A DNA stretch of 57,515 nucleotides, filler included, from Sphacelaria rigidula (Eukaryota), in assembly GCA_964200075.2 (NCBI GenBank). It is 8 parts of 8 records of this genome, joined end to end, with 100 filler letters (N's around TTAATTAATTAA, not from the genome) between each part and the next. Parts side by side here need not be neighbours in the genome. Positions count along the whole stretch, not along the records: positions 21,608 to 28,709 come from CAXNAA020016474.1; positions 28,810 to 35,911 come from CAXNAA020016475.1; positions 36,012 to 43,113 come from CAXNAA020016476.1; 5 more parts are not named here. One strand, written 5' to 3'. This document shows positions 24,911 to 38,167 of the stretch, piece by piece. The first letter of the stretch is position 1. Each line of letters begins with the position of its first letter. The notes beneath the pieces were generated by a model, which saw only the letters and a list, made by a program, of their open reading frames with translations, was not told where the DNA came from and ran no database searches. Position numbers and translations under genes: made by a program.

Positions 24911-26421
24911 GAGATGAACTAAACGGAAACGCTCACTAAAGAGAAGTGGAGATTCTGCGAGAGATGAAACGTTCTACGCCCATGAATAGGCGTGGGTATC
25001 ATGGATTTGACAGGTAAAGGGGATCCATGTGACAAGGTTCTGCGTGTACGGCTACTAGGTTTACACCGACAAGATACAAGATCAGGAAGAACGGATGATA
25101 CCGGGACGTTTTCCTACACGGATGGGTCTAGTATTTGCGACATGTAGCCCTAGCTTGGATCAGATTGACGGAGGTTTTTCAGTAGTCGGCCGTGTAAGAC
25201 GTTTCGGAGAAGACGCTGGCGTCGCTTCGCCGTGACGACTCGCGATGAAAGCCACTTACCGTTCACTTTTCGTTTGGTAATGTCATCCAATTCGCATTTT
25301 TGTAGCAGTGATCAGGGAGAAAAACAGTGAATTTTTGTAGCAGTGGCCAGGAAGAACAACAGTGAGAAAGTAAACTTTTGCCGTGAGGCGAAGGCCGACT
25401 TCGGCCGTTTTGTTTCTCACCTTGAGCCTAACACACTTCTGATCTTCATGACTCCCCATATTTGCGGGCTACGGTTTGGATGAGTGTATTGTACAACGTA
25501 CATTGAAAGCAGTGTAGGGATGCACTTTTTAAACCACGAAATATGGCTGTCTCGTCGTGCTGTGGGCTTGTAACAGGGCGAGTTATATCGTTTTCGCCAG
25601 ATTGAGAGTAGAGCGCTGATGAAGAGTGGCTTTGATCACGCGCTTTAAAGTAGCCAACATTTCATTCTGTGTGTGCTTCTCTTTGCATCACTGGCGTATG
25701 CTGACAGCTACACGTCGATATCCTACTCAGGGATACCAAGGGCCTGAGTGGCAAGCTACTACAGCTAGTGTATCGGGCCTCATGGAGGGGAATTTCGGAA
25801 TTGAAACGATTCATTGAATAATTGACCGTTTTTCACTCTCAATCGTTTTCTCTACTCTCGATCTCACGAAAACAATGTTTGCCGTTGTCGTCTCTTTTCT
25901 TGTATCAGGCAAAATTGCGAACATTTTGTCGCGGAGAGTGTATTGCTAGTTCGTCACAACAATATGCTTGAGGTAGTGTCCTTCAATTCAGAAGCGCCCG
26001 TTCCGTCACATTATCTGACATTTGTTCCAATTTTCAAATTGGTTGTTGTCTCAGGCTATTCCAGATTCGGCATTAGATTTCTGTGACAGGAAAGACTCTT
26101 GCTTTTTTCGGAATACTTTGAAAAAAACGAGAACTTTAAAAAAACGAGCATAACTTTTCGGAAAACTGCACAAACCATGAACCCATTACATGGAGTACAG
26201 GGTACTACACTCAACACAAGACAACTCTGTTGTGGTGTATGGAGTACAGAGTACTACACTCAACACAGAACAACACAGCAGTTCTCGTCTATGCGCGGGC
26301 GGGTTTGTACAAGTGTCGCTCTCAAATTCAAAAACTTGACTTTCGTTCTCTTGTTGCAGTAGCCACGCGTGGGAGACAGACACACTCCACGCGCACAGCT
26401 CCAACAGAGAGATGCGCACAG

Positions 26422-26517
26422 CTATATCTCCCAGAACTTCGCCGAGTAAGCATTCGGGACCCATCGGCGAGTAGTACGTACCCAGCGCTGTTCAGCAAGG
26501 TGGCTATCACTCGCAAG
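26422..26517 (+). CDS. Possible isolated internal exon (LYLPELRRVSIRDPSASSTYPALFSKVAITRK), unknown gene
   Basis: CACAG| acceptor, AAG|GTGCGT donor, 96 nt open phase 0-0; no homology recognised. Confidence 0.3.
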
Positions 26518-26930
26518 GTGCGTGGGTGTTGTCGCACGGTCGAAACGCGGACCGTCTACGATCAAGAGCAGCAGCAGCATCGGCGTCGGTTGATTCAGAC
26601 CCACCCCAGCCACGTACATATACTGGCAATAAAAATGCTGCTGATACTGCTGCTGCTTCTCGTGCGGACGGTCCACAGCACTTGACAGCCCCCCGCATAC
26701 ACACAAGATCTGGGCGACCTAGTTTGATATTTTACTGGCGTCGCGTCAGCGGCCCGAAAATCCCCCCCCAGAGTGGAAAACACCTTATTTTGGTACATTT
26801 GGGTTATTTGCGAGTCAGCATGACGCTCAAGCTGTAAACTCCTGCCATCAGTCCTGCAGTGCGTATTTTGCGTGGTGGAGCAGGGTTTGGGACCCCCGTA
26901 CATGCTGTCGAGTGCTCGTAGATTGCACCA

Positions 26931-28119
26931 CGAGCTGGGTCAGCCTAGAGGCAGATTTGAAGTTTGCAGGCGAATGCGCTGGCCAACATTTAGAGTTTGA
27001 TCGTAAAATTCGGTATGGACAATGCGTAGGGCACAACTGTTTTTCACAGAAGCACCAGAAGTTTTTCTTCTCGTGAGCTTAGGGCATTTTACTGATACCT
27101 GAAAATTGATTATTGCCCTTAACTCCTGAAAAAAATACATCTGGCGCTTCTGTAACTTTTGTTCTATTCCCTATGCATTGTCAATTCCAAGTTTTACGTT
27201 CCAACTCTAAATGTTGGCCGGCGCATTCGCCTTTCAAAAACCGGGTGGGCAAAAATTTAGAACAGGTATTCGCAGGGCACTCACCGAGCCACGTTTGGTT
27301 TTTGTGCATTGCCATTTTTTGTGGGCCCTCGCCAGGACATAATAGTTTACAAGACTCAATGGGTCAGGTTGATTTATTTTATATTTTCCACTGATTTGGG
27401 TCGTTCTAGTATCGTAAGGACCATTCCTTCACGAGAACGCCCGAACCTCTCTGAAAAAAACGAAGGCCCATTTCTGTTTTATTCGGCACACCTTCGCGAT
27501 TCTCCATGCTAAGTATCAAATCACAATTATCAAAATTGGGCTAGAACATTGAGATAAGGCCTGAGAGGGATGGAGATTTCTCCTCAAACCTCCACTAAAA
27601 ACAATTGGAAAGAAATGAACAAATTGGTGTCAAGCTGTTTTATTTTTTTCAATGTGCACTAGCGGTTCTCCATATGAAATTTCATAGCACAACTCTGAAA
27701 AACTGAGACGCGATATCCAGATATAGGGCATCTAGTGCCTCTGCTCGGAATACAAATTGACTTTAGTATGGAAGCGTATGTGTGCCATATCTCGAGATAG
27801 ATCACGAATTAGGTGAACGTGAGGGTATCTATCCTCTCCCCGTGCTCCGGGGAAGATCCACACCAAAAATCATCATCCACTTAATGTATCGTTCGGGGTT
27901 TGATGTAGATTTTAGTGTGCACGCTATCGCCGTACGGTATAAGAGTTACTAGATATGAGGTTTAATCAACGAGAAAATATTGGCCCAGATATTTAAGCAG
28001 AAGATGGGCACCTCCTTGATCGGATGATTCATGCGGTATGCGGATCACGGCCCAACTCGTCTGTGTCGATGAGATATTGCTTTTAGAGCTTAAATTCGTT
28101 TTTAGGCTGGCCCAGCTCG
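26931..28119. mobile_element. Uninterrupted copy of the Tc1/mariner-like MITE (1189 bp)
   Basis: TIR CGAGCTGGGTCAGCCTA...TAGGCTGGCCCAGCTCG|TA; colinear with 903-1614 plus 2647-3137. Confidence 0.85.
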
Positions 28120-28709
28120 TACCCGGTTGCAACATTGGAGAAAGTGCGAGTGAAGAGGGATTCGTTGAGGGCTATGGTCTTCCCTTCAACATCAAGCCGC
28201 CCGCAAACCCCCACCTTCGAAAACCTTTTCCCGTCACCGGGAAATTCGCCGGACTGTACCTATCCCCGGTGGACGTCATGACACAAACCCCGGCCCGCAG
28301 TGTCGAGCTTTGTTTGGTGGGATCAGGACGTATGACGAGTTGGCGGGCGTCACTCTCAACCCGCATGATGAACATAATCATTCCGAGAAAACTAAGTACT
28401 TGCTGAGTTCTCTGAATTATCATTATTCCTTCGCTTTCATGGTAACTCTCGTAGACGGACTCGAAAACCAGGCCATCTCCCGGAGGTCGGTGGGTCGCCT
28501 CGTGAAGCGCGTATCCCTCTGGCATACCAGAGTCGTGGGCTGTAAACTATACCTCTGGAACTCCGGGCGGTGCTTTTTTAGGACCCCCCTTATGCGATGT
28601 TTCGATCGGTTCGGTGGAATTGCATTCTATGAGGGTTAGATACCCTATGTTATTCTGTACCCAATTTCGGAACACCTTTGAAAACGAAAGAGTTCGTTTT
28701 TTCAAAGTA

Positions 28710-28809
28710 NNNNNNNNNNNNNNNNNNNNNNNNNNNNNNNNNNNNNNNNNNNNTTAATTAATTAANNNNNNNNNNNNNNNNNNNNNNNNNNNNNNNNNNN
28801 NNNNNNNNN
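28710..28809. other. Artificial contig linker
   Basis: 44 N + TTAATTAATTAA + 44 N. Confidence 0.99.
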
Positions 28810-29205
28810 CCGTCCCGGCATTGTAGGGATGCGAGGTCAATGGTCGTATGACTATGGCATGTACGATCATGAGTACGCCCCCCTCACCGCCCCCCGAGAT
28901 CGCCCACGGTGAGCCATCCATGAGGCAGTGTGTAGCCCGTGGCTATCTCTGCAAGTGACGATACCAGAAAATGAAGCAGTCACTGTCTTCAGTCATCCAT
29001 GTACAAGATGGTTAGTACGCTTCGGACCGAACAATCTTGGCAGGATGCAGCTCACCCTTCATATGACTCGCTGAGCACATCACGACGCTTCGCGCTTGGT
29101 GGTTGATTGCGAGCCTTGTCCGGCGAAAACCCGGCGTGCTTCGTCCCGACTTCGCACGGATGCGAGGTCTAAAGCCTGACGACTATTACACGCGATATCA
29201 TGAGA
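28810..29205. repeat. Interspersed repeat family D (partly tandem, ~330-bp unit)
   Basis: Inverted copy at 32700-33000; the GATCATGAGTACACCCCC motif also occurs at ~22845 and ~46917; further fragments at 21608-21680 and 50283-50314. Confidence 0.75.
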
Positions 29206-32200
29206 CATCTCAGATTGCCCGATGTCGCCCATGGTCAAATTTGGCTTCAGATCCGTTGTTTTTCATGGGGTACAACACACCTATGGATCTGCATAGGTGG
29301 GTGTGGAGTGTTGTACGGAAAATAGTACACCATGACTCCTGACTGTCTTCCTTGCTCAAGCCGTATGCATGTACATTTCGGCATGCATGCTGAGTAGGCG
29401 GTGCATGCTGTCATCCGTAGGTAAGTGGTACACGCGAGCTATCACAACCCGAGCAACATGCTCTCCGCCTTGCTTGAGCGATCGTGGTAATTTCATCGCA
29501 TTGCTGCCGCACCTCCTACATATTTGATGTTATACTGCATGTGATATAATCTCAACTGTGCGCTTATTTCATCAACGACTACATACAACAATCAGCACAG
29601 TAGTAGTGTTGTGTCTTTGCTCCACACAGCACACAGTATTGTGTACACCCAATATATGACAACGGCATTGCGCACCCAGTTACGACACAACGGGGGTTTT
29701 GGTAGGTGGGTAGGTGGCAATGATTGTGCAGAGAGTGAATAGAAACACCCTTTTTGTGTGTCTTCGGTTGATGGCTGAATGGTAAAACGCAGCTTCACCT
29801 CCAGGTGGGCGATGTTGAGCGATCTGTAGGGGACGTTAATGAATCATTTCCACCGATCACAAGTATAAATATAGTCACCCCACCCCTCTTCAGGCCGGTT
29901 GCCCGACCTGAAGTCGCCTGCGCCGAACTTGGTCCTCTTCATGCTCATGCCGTAAATGACCCCCCGCGCCCCCATGCATCGCGCATATGGAGTTCTTGCC
30001 AATGGGGGGTGTGGATGTTGATTTCGCCCCGTGATCGCTTGGAAAAGGTGTTCCTACTCCTTCCCTTTTTCACCCCCACCCCCGCCCCTTTTGCCGCCTT
30101 TGTTTTGCCCTTTTGTTTGTGCCCTTTGTTGCCCTGGTTGTGTGTTTCCTTGGCCTGATTAATGGTTACTGTCGATGCGTGTCGTAGGCCACGACAGAGC
30201 ACGCACTAGCGTTGCGGAAGTCGTTCCTGGAGAAGCGACACAGGATCACCAAGTTGCGGATGGAGGTGGGTGCAATTGGTTGGTACAGCTCGTGAGTTGG
30301 GTTGCCGTTGAGCACAACATGTGCGCAACGCTGTGCTGGCTGATGATAAGACAATGGATCCTTTCTGAAACCCATTGATGACATTTGTTTTCGCGTATAG
30401 GCATAATTTTCAGTCATTCTCAAGTCAAAATGATGCCGATTTACGAAAACAAAAAGCGTCACCGGATTCCAAAAGGGTCAACAAGAGAAAATACGCACGA
30501 AGCGCGTAGGTGACAAGTAGACAGCGATAACGAAGACGACCGACTCGAAAGTAGAAAATGAACTTGTCGATGTTGTCGTTCCTGAAAAATTGTTCCGAAA
30601 TAGTGGACGTGAGTATGTGCCACCACGTCCCAGTGGGGCTACATGGGGCACCAATGCCCAGTCACGGCGGGAGATTAGCGGGTTCGATCGATCATCCCTG
30701 TCCTGTACGGTAGTTTGAGCAGAACCTGTTTTCCGTCGTTGAAAGGGTGGGACACGCGAGAAGCAAAGGAAATTCGACGAGAGTCACTGTGGTGCGGGAG
30801 TGGTCATCATCCAATGCGCGGCAACGAAAACGTCAGACAGGCACCTAGTACCGAAGGAGAGGTCGGTTTGATCCCTTGAGACTATGAACTAGTCCCGAAA
30901 AAGGGGGAGGAGCTTGAGGTATGACACCAAAAAAAAAGAAGGAAAAACCCAGATGGCCCTGATTTTTGATGGGGCAATAGACATGAGTGAGTCGACCCAC
31001 CCCCCTTTTTACCCAAAAGGGAGGAGGTAGCGGCTAAACACAGGTACGGGCTCTACCCGCGCTCCGCTGAAATCGATCTGAACCGAATGCTGACTCGGAG
31101 GCAAGATGACCACGGCCCAGGCAGAGCACGGGAATCGACTTTCATGAACTTTCGGGAGCGTCTATGGGTCATAGAGCGCCGCGTGCCACAGGTGCTGCGC
31201 ATGAGGCCCCCTCTTGTCCGACGTCGGGGTGAGACGACCCACCACCATCTACTACCCTTACCCTCCCCCCGCGCCTGCCCCTTTCCCATTGATCTATCCC
31301 CCATTTCCCGAAATATTCCCACTGTTGACCATTCTCCGTCTCTCAAAACTTAACCTCCATACCACCGCATAGCAGAACATCACAGGACTTAAGACATCTC
31401 CACTGCGCTCTATCTGCGGCCTGGACAAATTCCCCGCCCGCAAACCAGACCCCATCGGGATGTCTAGATGGTGTCTACCTCAGGATACAACAGCACTGAA
31501 GGCGGACAATGATCTTGCACATACGATTATTCTGCAACAGTTACAAAGACACCCCTATGGAACCCAATGGGTCACGGCCCCAAATATGGTGGACGAATGC
31601 AATAGGGCCGAAGGGGATCGCTGCGTGGCCAGTCTGGAGGAAGAGTTTAACTTCTTTTGCAGAAAATGATCGCTTTTTGGTATCGCAACCATTTGTATCA
31701 CTCAAGGGGAGAAAGTCGGGTCACAACCAGCAAAGGAAGACGCGATCGACACGAAAGTCAACAGACTCTAGTCAGATATTGTGTCACAACAGATGTCATC
31801 GCGTGTGCTTTGTATCGCACAAAGAATCACAAATCACGCTTACACGGAACAGAAGGTCTGTCGATCTGCCGAATCGACACCAATTCCACTTGAAAAATAA
31901 AGGGAAGTTTTTGGTGTCCACCTGCAGGAGGACACTGAAAGGATCAAAAAAGCACATGGCCACTGTAAGATGTCCGACTATGCCAGATATTGGATAATGA
32001 CCGACAAGGCAAAGAAAATAGTACAGCATGAGAGGGAGCGCCCACCGACAGGAATCACAACAGCTCAAAGAAGGCCAGACTGATTTCAACACCGGAAATA
32101 TAAAATATACTGTTCCGAAATCGGCAGGGATGAAGATATATATATATATATATATATATTCGTAGCTTTTGTTTGGATAATGTCGAGACATACGTAGCAA

Positions 32201-32559
32201 CCACACCTGGAATCTTACAACTTGTACCGTCACGAACCAACGCGAAAAATGCACAGGAGGTAGAACGCGAAAGGGAACGCAATCGACTCGAAAGCCACCG
32301 ACGCGAAGTTAGGCTGAAGGCAGAAAAAGAAGCGCTATCCGCCGCCTGCGAGCTGGAAGCCGCAAAGCTGGGCTCTGCCTGGGCGGACGTGGAAGCCGCC
32401 GGTGCCTTGAATACTGCCTCCGAAGAGTCCACAATAGGTGAGCCTCGTCGAAGGGTACAGAGCATTTGAAATATTTGGATGTAAGTGGATGGTGTGCAGT
32501 AGCCTTGGTCCGATACCCATAAGTGCGGTGAGATATGGCCGTTGATCCCCTTGGCATGA

Positions 32560-33000
32560 TGAACTTGACGCGATCAAGGGGCGGGGCGGGAGGGAGGGGG
32601 GGGTGTACTTATTGGTTGCTTGCCTCAAGTCACTTGACCGTTGACCACGCATTCGTTTCGAGACATAGCACCGTTCCTAAGAGAGTGTGTGAGGAGGTGT
32701 ACTCATGATGTCGCACGCTGCAGTCGTGTGACCATTGACCTCGTATCCCTAGAAAGCTTGGGCGGAGCACGCCGGGTTATCGCAGGACCAGGCTCGCAAT
32801 CAATCACTGAGCGCGAAGCGCCGTGATGTGTTCGGCGAGTCGCATAAAAGGTGAGCGCATCCGGCAAAGATTGTTCGGCCCGAAGCATACTGTCTATCTT
32901 GCATTCGGATGGCAGCCTCGAATGAGTTGCTTCATTTTCTGGTATCCCCACTTCCAGAGATAGCCGCGGGTTACACATTGCCTCATGGATGTCTCACCAA
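32560..33000. repeat. Family D copy (inverted)
   Basis: Reverse-complement alignment to 28905-29205 (GATACCAGAAAATGAAGCA, CCGAACAATCTT, GATTGCGAGCCT). Confidence 0.75.
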
Positions 33001-34248
33001 TTTAAAACTAAGTAGTACGAGCATCCCCATTGCGCGGAGTTCGGGTTCTCCACCCCACACAATATGATCCAACTCTATCACCATCATGGTAATCGGAAAA
33101 AACGCAAGGGCAAAGGCCCCCAGGTAACCTGGTTGCCTAGCGTACTCCGTGAGTGGGGGTGTCTTTTACAGCGTCGTTGCCAACCGACGCCAACCCTCAA
33201 ACGGGGGCAAGGGGGGAAGGTGTTGAACGTACCGTGACCAAGAAACAATATAAAACGACGTCAACCCTAATAGGGGGAGGTTGGAGCTCGCGTAAACTCT
33301 GCTGTGACTTCACCAACGTCTCCCCCACAAGACTATTATTTGAACCCTGGTTCATTTTACTTTTCTCGTACGTAACCCTCTTCCTGCAATAGAGGGGAGT
33401 TGAAACTGGCGCAAATGCCGTGGCATCACCCACCCCTCCCCGCAACCCGGCGATTTTAATTAAAATGATAAAAACTGAATCCAGGCAGGTCGGAATATTG
33501 CGGATTCGGATCCCGTTAGATGCATTCATTCGGGGGTTGGCATGAGGAGTATCTGATTCTTGTCGTTGAAAACTTGAGGACGCGAGTGGCAAAAATACCT
33601 TCTTTTTTTTTTTTCACAAAAGTCGACGCGGCGCGGGAGTGCTGGTCGAAGTTGCAAGACGAAAGTACAGGGCGTGTATTTATTCACCGGGGGAGAGGGG
33701 ATGGGTCGAGTGATCCCTTGAGACCACGGACTCGTCCCGAGGAAGGGGAGGCGTTGGCAGTAACAGAGAGGAGCATGTACACCCATTGAGCACGCCAAGC
33801 GTGCGCTGCTCAAGGCCGTTCTAACCTATGCTTTATTACACCCCCCCCCTCCCCAAATTATTCCAGGAAGTACTCTATCTCGACCGACCGACGGTGTTCT
33901 TTGTGACGTGCAACGTTGCACGTTATATTTTTCATGTTGAGGCCAAAGAGACAGTACTTATCCGCATGTCAAAGGTTAAAAAAAAAAGCTAGATTTTTCC
34001 ATCTACAAATGATGAGGAAAGAAAACGGCCGTCTTTAAAGCGGCTCTCACTCTTTGTGCTGGCATTTCGCTGATCCTCGAGAATTTCGCCTTGACTGTGT
34101 GCAGCAGTGTTCACCATCTCGGACGTGAAAAAAAAAATCAGATTCGGATCTTCACACAGATTTTTTCATGGCCTCCACTCCACCAGGTTTCCTGAGATGC
34201 AAGGGGCGCTTTTGTGCCACGGCGCGACTCCGTGACCCGTTTTTCTTC

Positions 34249-34719
34249 TAATCGGCGCCCAAGGCTACTTCTGATGTCTCAGAAAATAAAACTTGTTGAA
34301 AGGTGCATTTTTGGCCCTTTTCCGTCGTTTTTCCCCCGAAAAGAGGGCTAGGCGGATGTTGACACCTTGAACTGACTTGCTCTACTCGCTGAGACGATTC
34401 CTGAGCACCTTTGCGCTTCCGGTAGGTCACGGTTTCGTTTTTTGACCAAACTTGCGTTTTCAATAACAAACGGTCCCCCTGTTTTTTGATAACTTGACCG
34501 TTTGTTATTGAAAATTCAAGTTTGGCCAAAAACGCAACTGTGACCTACGGGAAGCGCAAAGGTGCTCTGGAGTTGTCTCAGCGAGTAGAGCAAGTCATTT
34601 CAAGGTGTCAACATCCGCCTAGCCCTCTTTTCGTGTGAAAAACGACGGAGAGAGGCCAACAAGGCACTTTTCAACAAGTCTTATTTCTTGATACACAGGG
34701 AGTAACCTAAGCACGATTA
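34249..34719. mobile_element. Fold-back element (~470 bp, ~225-bp inverted arms, ~20-nt loop)
   Basis: GAAAAGAGGGCTAGGCGGATGTTGACACCTTGAA...TTTTCAATAACAAACGGTC mirrored by GACCGTTTGTTATTGAAAA...TTCAAGGTGTCAACATCCGCCTAGCCCTCTTTTC. Confidence 0.9.
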
Positions 34720-35250
34720 TAGCAAAAGCAACGCAAGTTATATATATAGCAAAAAAGCAAAAGCAACGCAAGTCATGTCTGCCGAACTATACTGTAGCCT
34801 TCCCTTTCCCGAGGGTTCACGCTTTGCCTTTTGTCGAGCCTTAAGGTTGGAGTTAGCGACAAGATGATCTGGGCCAGCGCATTTGAAGACTCGGATCTGA
34901 TTTTGACGCCCCGAGATGGTGCACAGGCCTGGCTGCGTGTGGTTTGCAAAAATTAGGAGAGGGTGGTGTTCGCCGTGGGTCTTCTGTCGTGTGGTCCTGG
35001 ATATGCTGGCACCAAGCTCACACGGAGAACGTCGTGAACTCCTCATGGTGCCTGTTGTCTTATGGAGGGATGGACGGATCGGTTGTAGCACGTTAAGTGA
35101 TTCGTTACGACTACACGTAGCCATTAAATAGACATTAGTATACGTGATACAGTCGGCACTCACTAAACATATGTATCACATTTATTTGTTTTGGACTGGT
35201 GGAACGTTTAGAGAACAATTGTTCTCTACTTGTTTTGCGTGTGCCCATCG

Positions 35251-35284
<34 letters not shown>

Positions 35285-35684
35285 CATTTGCTGTCAGTCA
35301 TCACCCAGAGATGGAAAATTACTTGGTACTCGAGTACTGCAGGAATGTCGCGCGCCTTTCTGAGCATGTGGAAAATTTAGATCAGCAACATCTTTTCGCC
35401 ACTGCCGCACGCAAAAAAGTTCATGTTCTTTACCTGCAAAAATGCGGTGAAGAAGCCAAGGAGTGATGAAGGAGCAGCAGCAAGACATGAAGTAGCGTGG
35501 ATATGAGCGGCGGGTGATGATTCGTCAGTCCGCAGTGAGGGTTCGAGTAGGAAGACAATGACCGCGACATCTATACGCTTCGGCCGATAAACAGTTCAAA
35601 CCGCTCCAAACAATCGGGAAGTCAACGCTAGTCGTCCTAATCCACGTACCTCAAGGGAACGTTCTTGCCTGTGAAGATATACGA

Positions 35685-35911
35685 ATGACTCGAGTGCTCG
35701 CCCAATTAATTTTTTCCGCAACGAGCAATGACTCGAGTGCTCGCCCAATTAATGTTTTCCGCAACCAGCAATGACTCGAGTGCTCGCCCTATTAATTCTT
35801 TCCACAACGAGCGATGACTCGAGTGCTCGCCCCATTGATTTTTTCCACAACGAGCAATGACTCGAGTGCTCGCCCTATTAATTTTGTCCACAACGAGCAA
35901 TGACTCGAGTG
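35685..35911. repeat. 43-bp tandem minisatellite (at least 5 units)
   Basis: ATGACTCGAGTGCTCGCCC recurs at 35685, 35728, 35771, 35814 and onward; same family at 48450-48720. Confidence 0.95.
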
Positions 35912-36011
35912 NNNNNNNNNNNNNNNNNNNNNNNNNNNNNNNNNNNNNNNNNNNNTTAATTAATTAANNNNNNNNNNNNNNNNNNNNNNNNNNNNNNNNN
36001 NNNNNNNNNNN
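35912..36011. other. Artificial contig linker
   Basis: 44 N + TTAATTAATTAA + 44 N. Confidence 0.99.
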
Positions 36012-36014
36012 TCT

Positions 36015-36024
36015 GTGTGTGAGC

Positions 36025-36073
<49 letters not shown>

Positions 36074-36080
36074 CGTGTGT
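36015..36080. repeat. (GT)n microsatellite
   Basis: Directly visible. Confidence 0.95.
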
Positions 36081-36348
36081 GATTCTCCATGTCAAAGGAA
36101 CTTAGCAGCACTCGCACCCCTTGTACCAACAACTGGTGATTGTTTTTAAACATTAACACGAAGTACAACATGCGAGTACAGTATACCAGCTGACACCTGC
36201 ACGTGGGAACAACGGGTAGTTACTACGGGTATTATTCTTTTGAACTGGGTGGGTGCATGGGTCGATAAACGGTTGACGTGACGTGATCGGTGGGTGCTGG
36301 GTCGATAAACGGTTGACGTGGTCGATAAACAGTTATGTTATATTATAC

Positions 36349-36487
36349 CTGAAGTGCCAGACCGCGTGCCTCGGCAAACGAAGGGTGTACGCTGCTGCCC
36401 AATATTCGTTTTCCTGGGAGATGGGGCATATCCTCAGCACGCACATGTTCACCAACAGCTTGGTGTAGGGAGAGAAATTGACGATAC
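36349..36487 (-). CDS. Exon 2 of a PX (Phox homology) domain protein
   Basis: CACAG|G acceptor and CAG|GTATAA donor; (R)YRQFLSLHQAV...MPHLPGKRILG...FAEARGLALQ supplies the PX motifs RRYxxFxxLH, PxLPxK and ExRxxxLQ. Confidence 0.88.
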
Positions 36488-37561
36488 CTGTGTTCGGTTT
36501 GATTTTCAGGGTGCAACACGGAAACGATCACAGGAGATGACACGGACATGCGAGGGGGCTTGAAAATACAGATACTTGTACAACAAGACGTATATATTTG
36601 TGAGGGGTGCAGGTGACGTCTGGGTGACGTGTACAACCAAGTTTTCAGTGTTGTTGCCGTACGTGTAGGGTGGATGCTCAAGAGATGATTTACCGCACTA
36701 CCTGAGGCTTACATGTTTGGTAACTGCTCTCAAATCGTCAAGCGCAGAACTCGGGTATGGTACACGCATCACAGAACGATGGCAGCTCGTCCCACCCGCA
36801 AATTTACCGTATACATGTACAGTACTGTACTACTGTGCACTGCATACTAAACGATAACGTCATGCGTTATGGGGCACGATAAGGTAAAGAGCAAGTCCAT
36901 CACGTCCAAAGATGGCTCGTAGATTGTAAAAGGCGACGCGCACTACAGAGCACACCAAACACAACACGCTCAAACAAAACGGAACAGCTTGGAACGTTTA
37001 TCTGTAGCTGGTTGTGTGAGACTACCCATGCTTGTTGGGAGTGTTAGATAGAACACGTGGCAGCAATCACATGCAACGCTTGAGTGCTGTACTGTCCGTA
37101 TTACTTTTGTATAACAAATCAGACGCGGTCGTGGTGGAATGTTTGATTCCTCCAATAGGGATGGTTCGGTCGGGGGCGTGTGCCCGGAGATGAACAAGGT
37201 ATGCATTAAGGCAAGTTTCAGTGGTGTACGGTAGAGCACAGCAGCAAACAATGCCAGCCGGCGGCAGCGGGGCGCATTGAATGCTGGGCTTGCAGCCGTG
37301 GGCAGTATGAGTTGACACGATAAATCAACATGTGCGTGTAATTCTCGCCGATTCAACAGTGCAGCAGACGGCAGTACCGCCCCGGAAGAGAGGAATCACG
37401 ACAACGTGGAGACACGACGCTCTTATTAAAATCCATTAATCTATAAATACAACCCACAAAGATACATAAAAGAAGACGGAAAATTGAGCTAATTCAAACA
37501 TCGTAGTATGTGTAGGACAAGGCACAAGCAGCACAGGGGCCAACGAAATGCATGTATTTAC

Positions 37562-38120
37562 CTCCGAAGCACTTGCCACTGGTGCAACCCCGCTGTGACG
37601 TTGATTCTGTACGCTGCGTACGTCCCATCCTCATCCCTCATCAACGTATAGCCATCAACCCCGATCCTGAAGTTTCTGGGCATACCAGGATGCCCACCGT
37701 AACTCCCCCCCCCTGGCGCCCCGCCATCATGACTTCGGCTCTCCGACCAATGATCTCCGGTCGACCCCCGTTGACTCCTGTTATCGTCATCAACAACCCC
37801 AGTTCCCATGGCTCCTGCTACATTGCTGCCAGGCCTCACGAACACATTGTGGGTGGTGATATAAGGTGGGGGCTCCTCCACCATTGCCTCGGGGGTAGCG
37901 GGGGTGGGCTTCTCCGTGCTTCCCAGAACAGAGAGCAACGGCGTGATACCTGGCTCTTGTGTTGGTGATGGGGTGGCGGCGGGTTGCGCTGGTGGTGGTG
38001 TGTCGTTGGTGGTGTTCGCTATTGTTGTTGGTTGAATGCCCCTCTCTGTAGTCGATCGCCCTTGCTGTCCATCACTGCCACTTCCAGCTGTAGCTACAGC
38101 CGTATCATCATCGCCACTAG

Positions 38121-38167
<47 letters not shown>

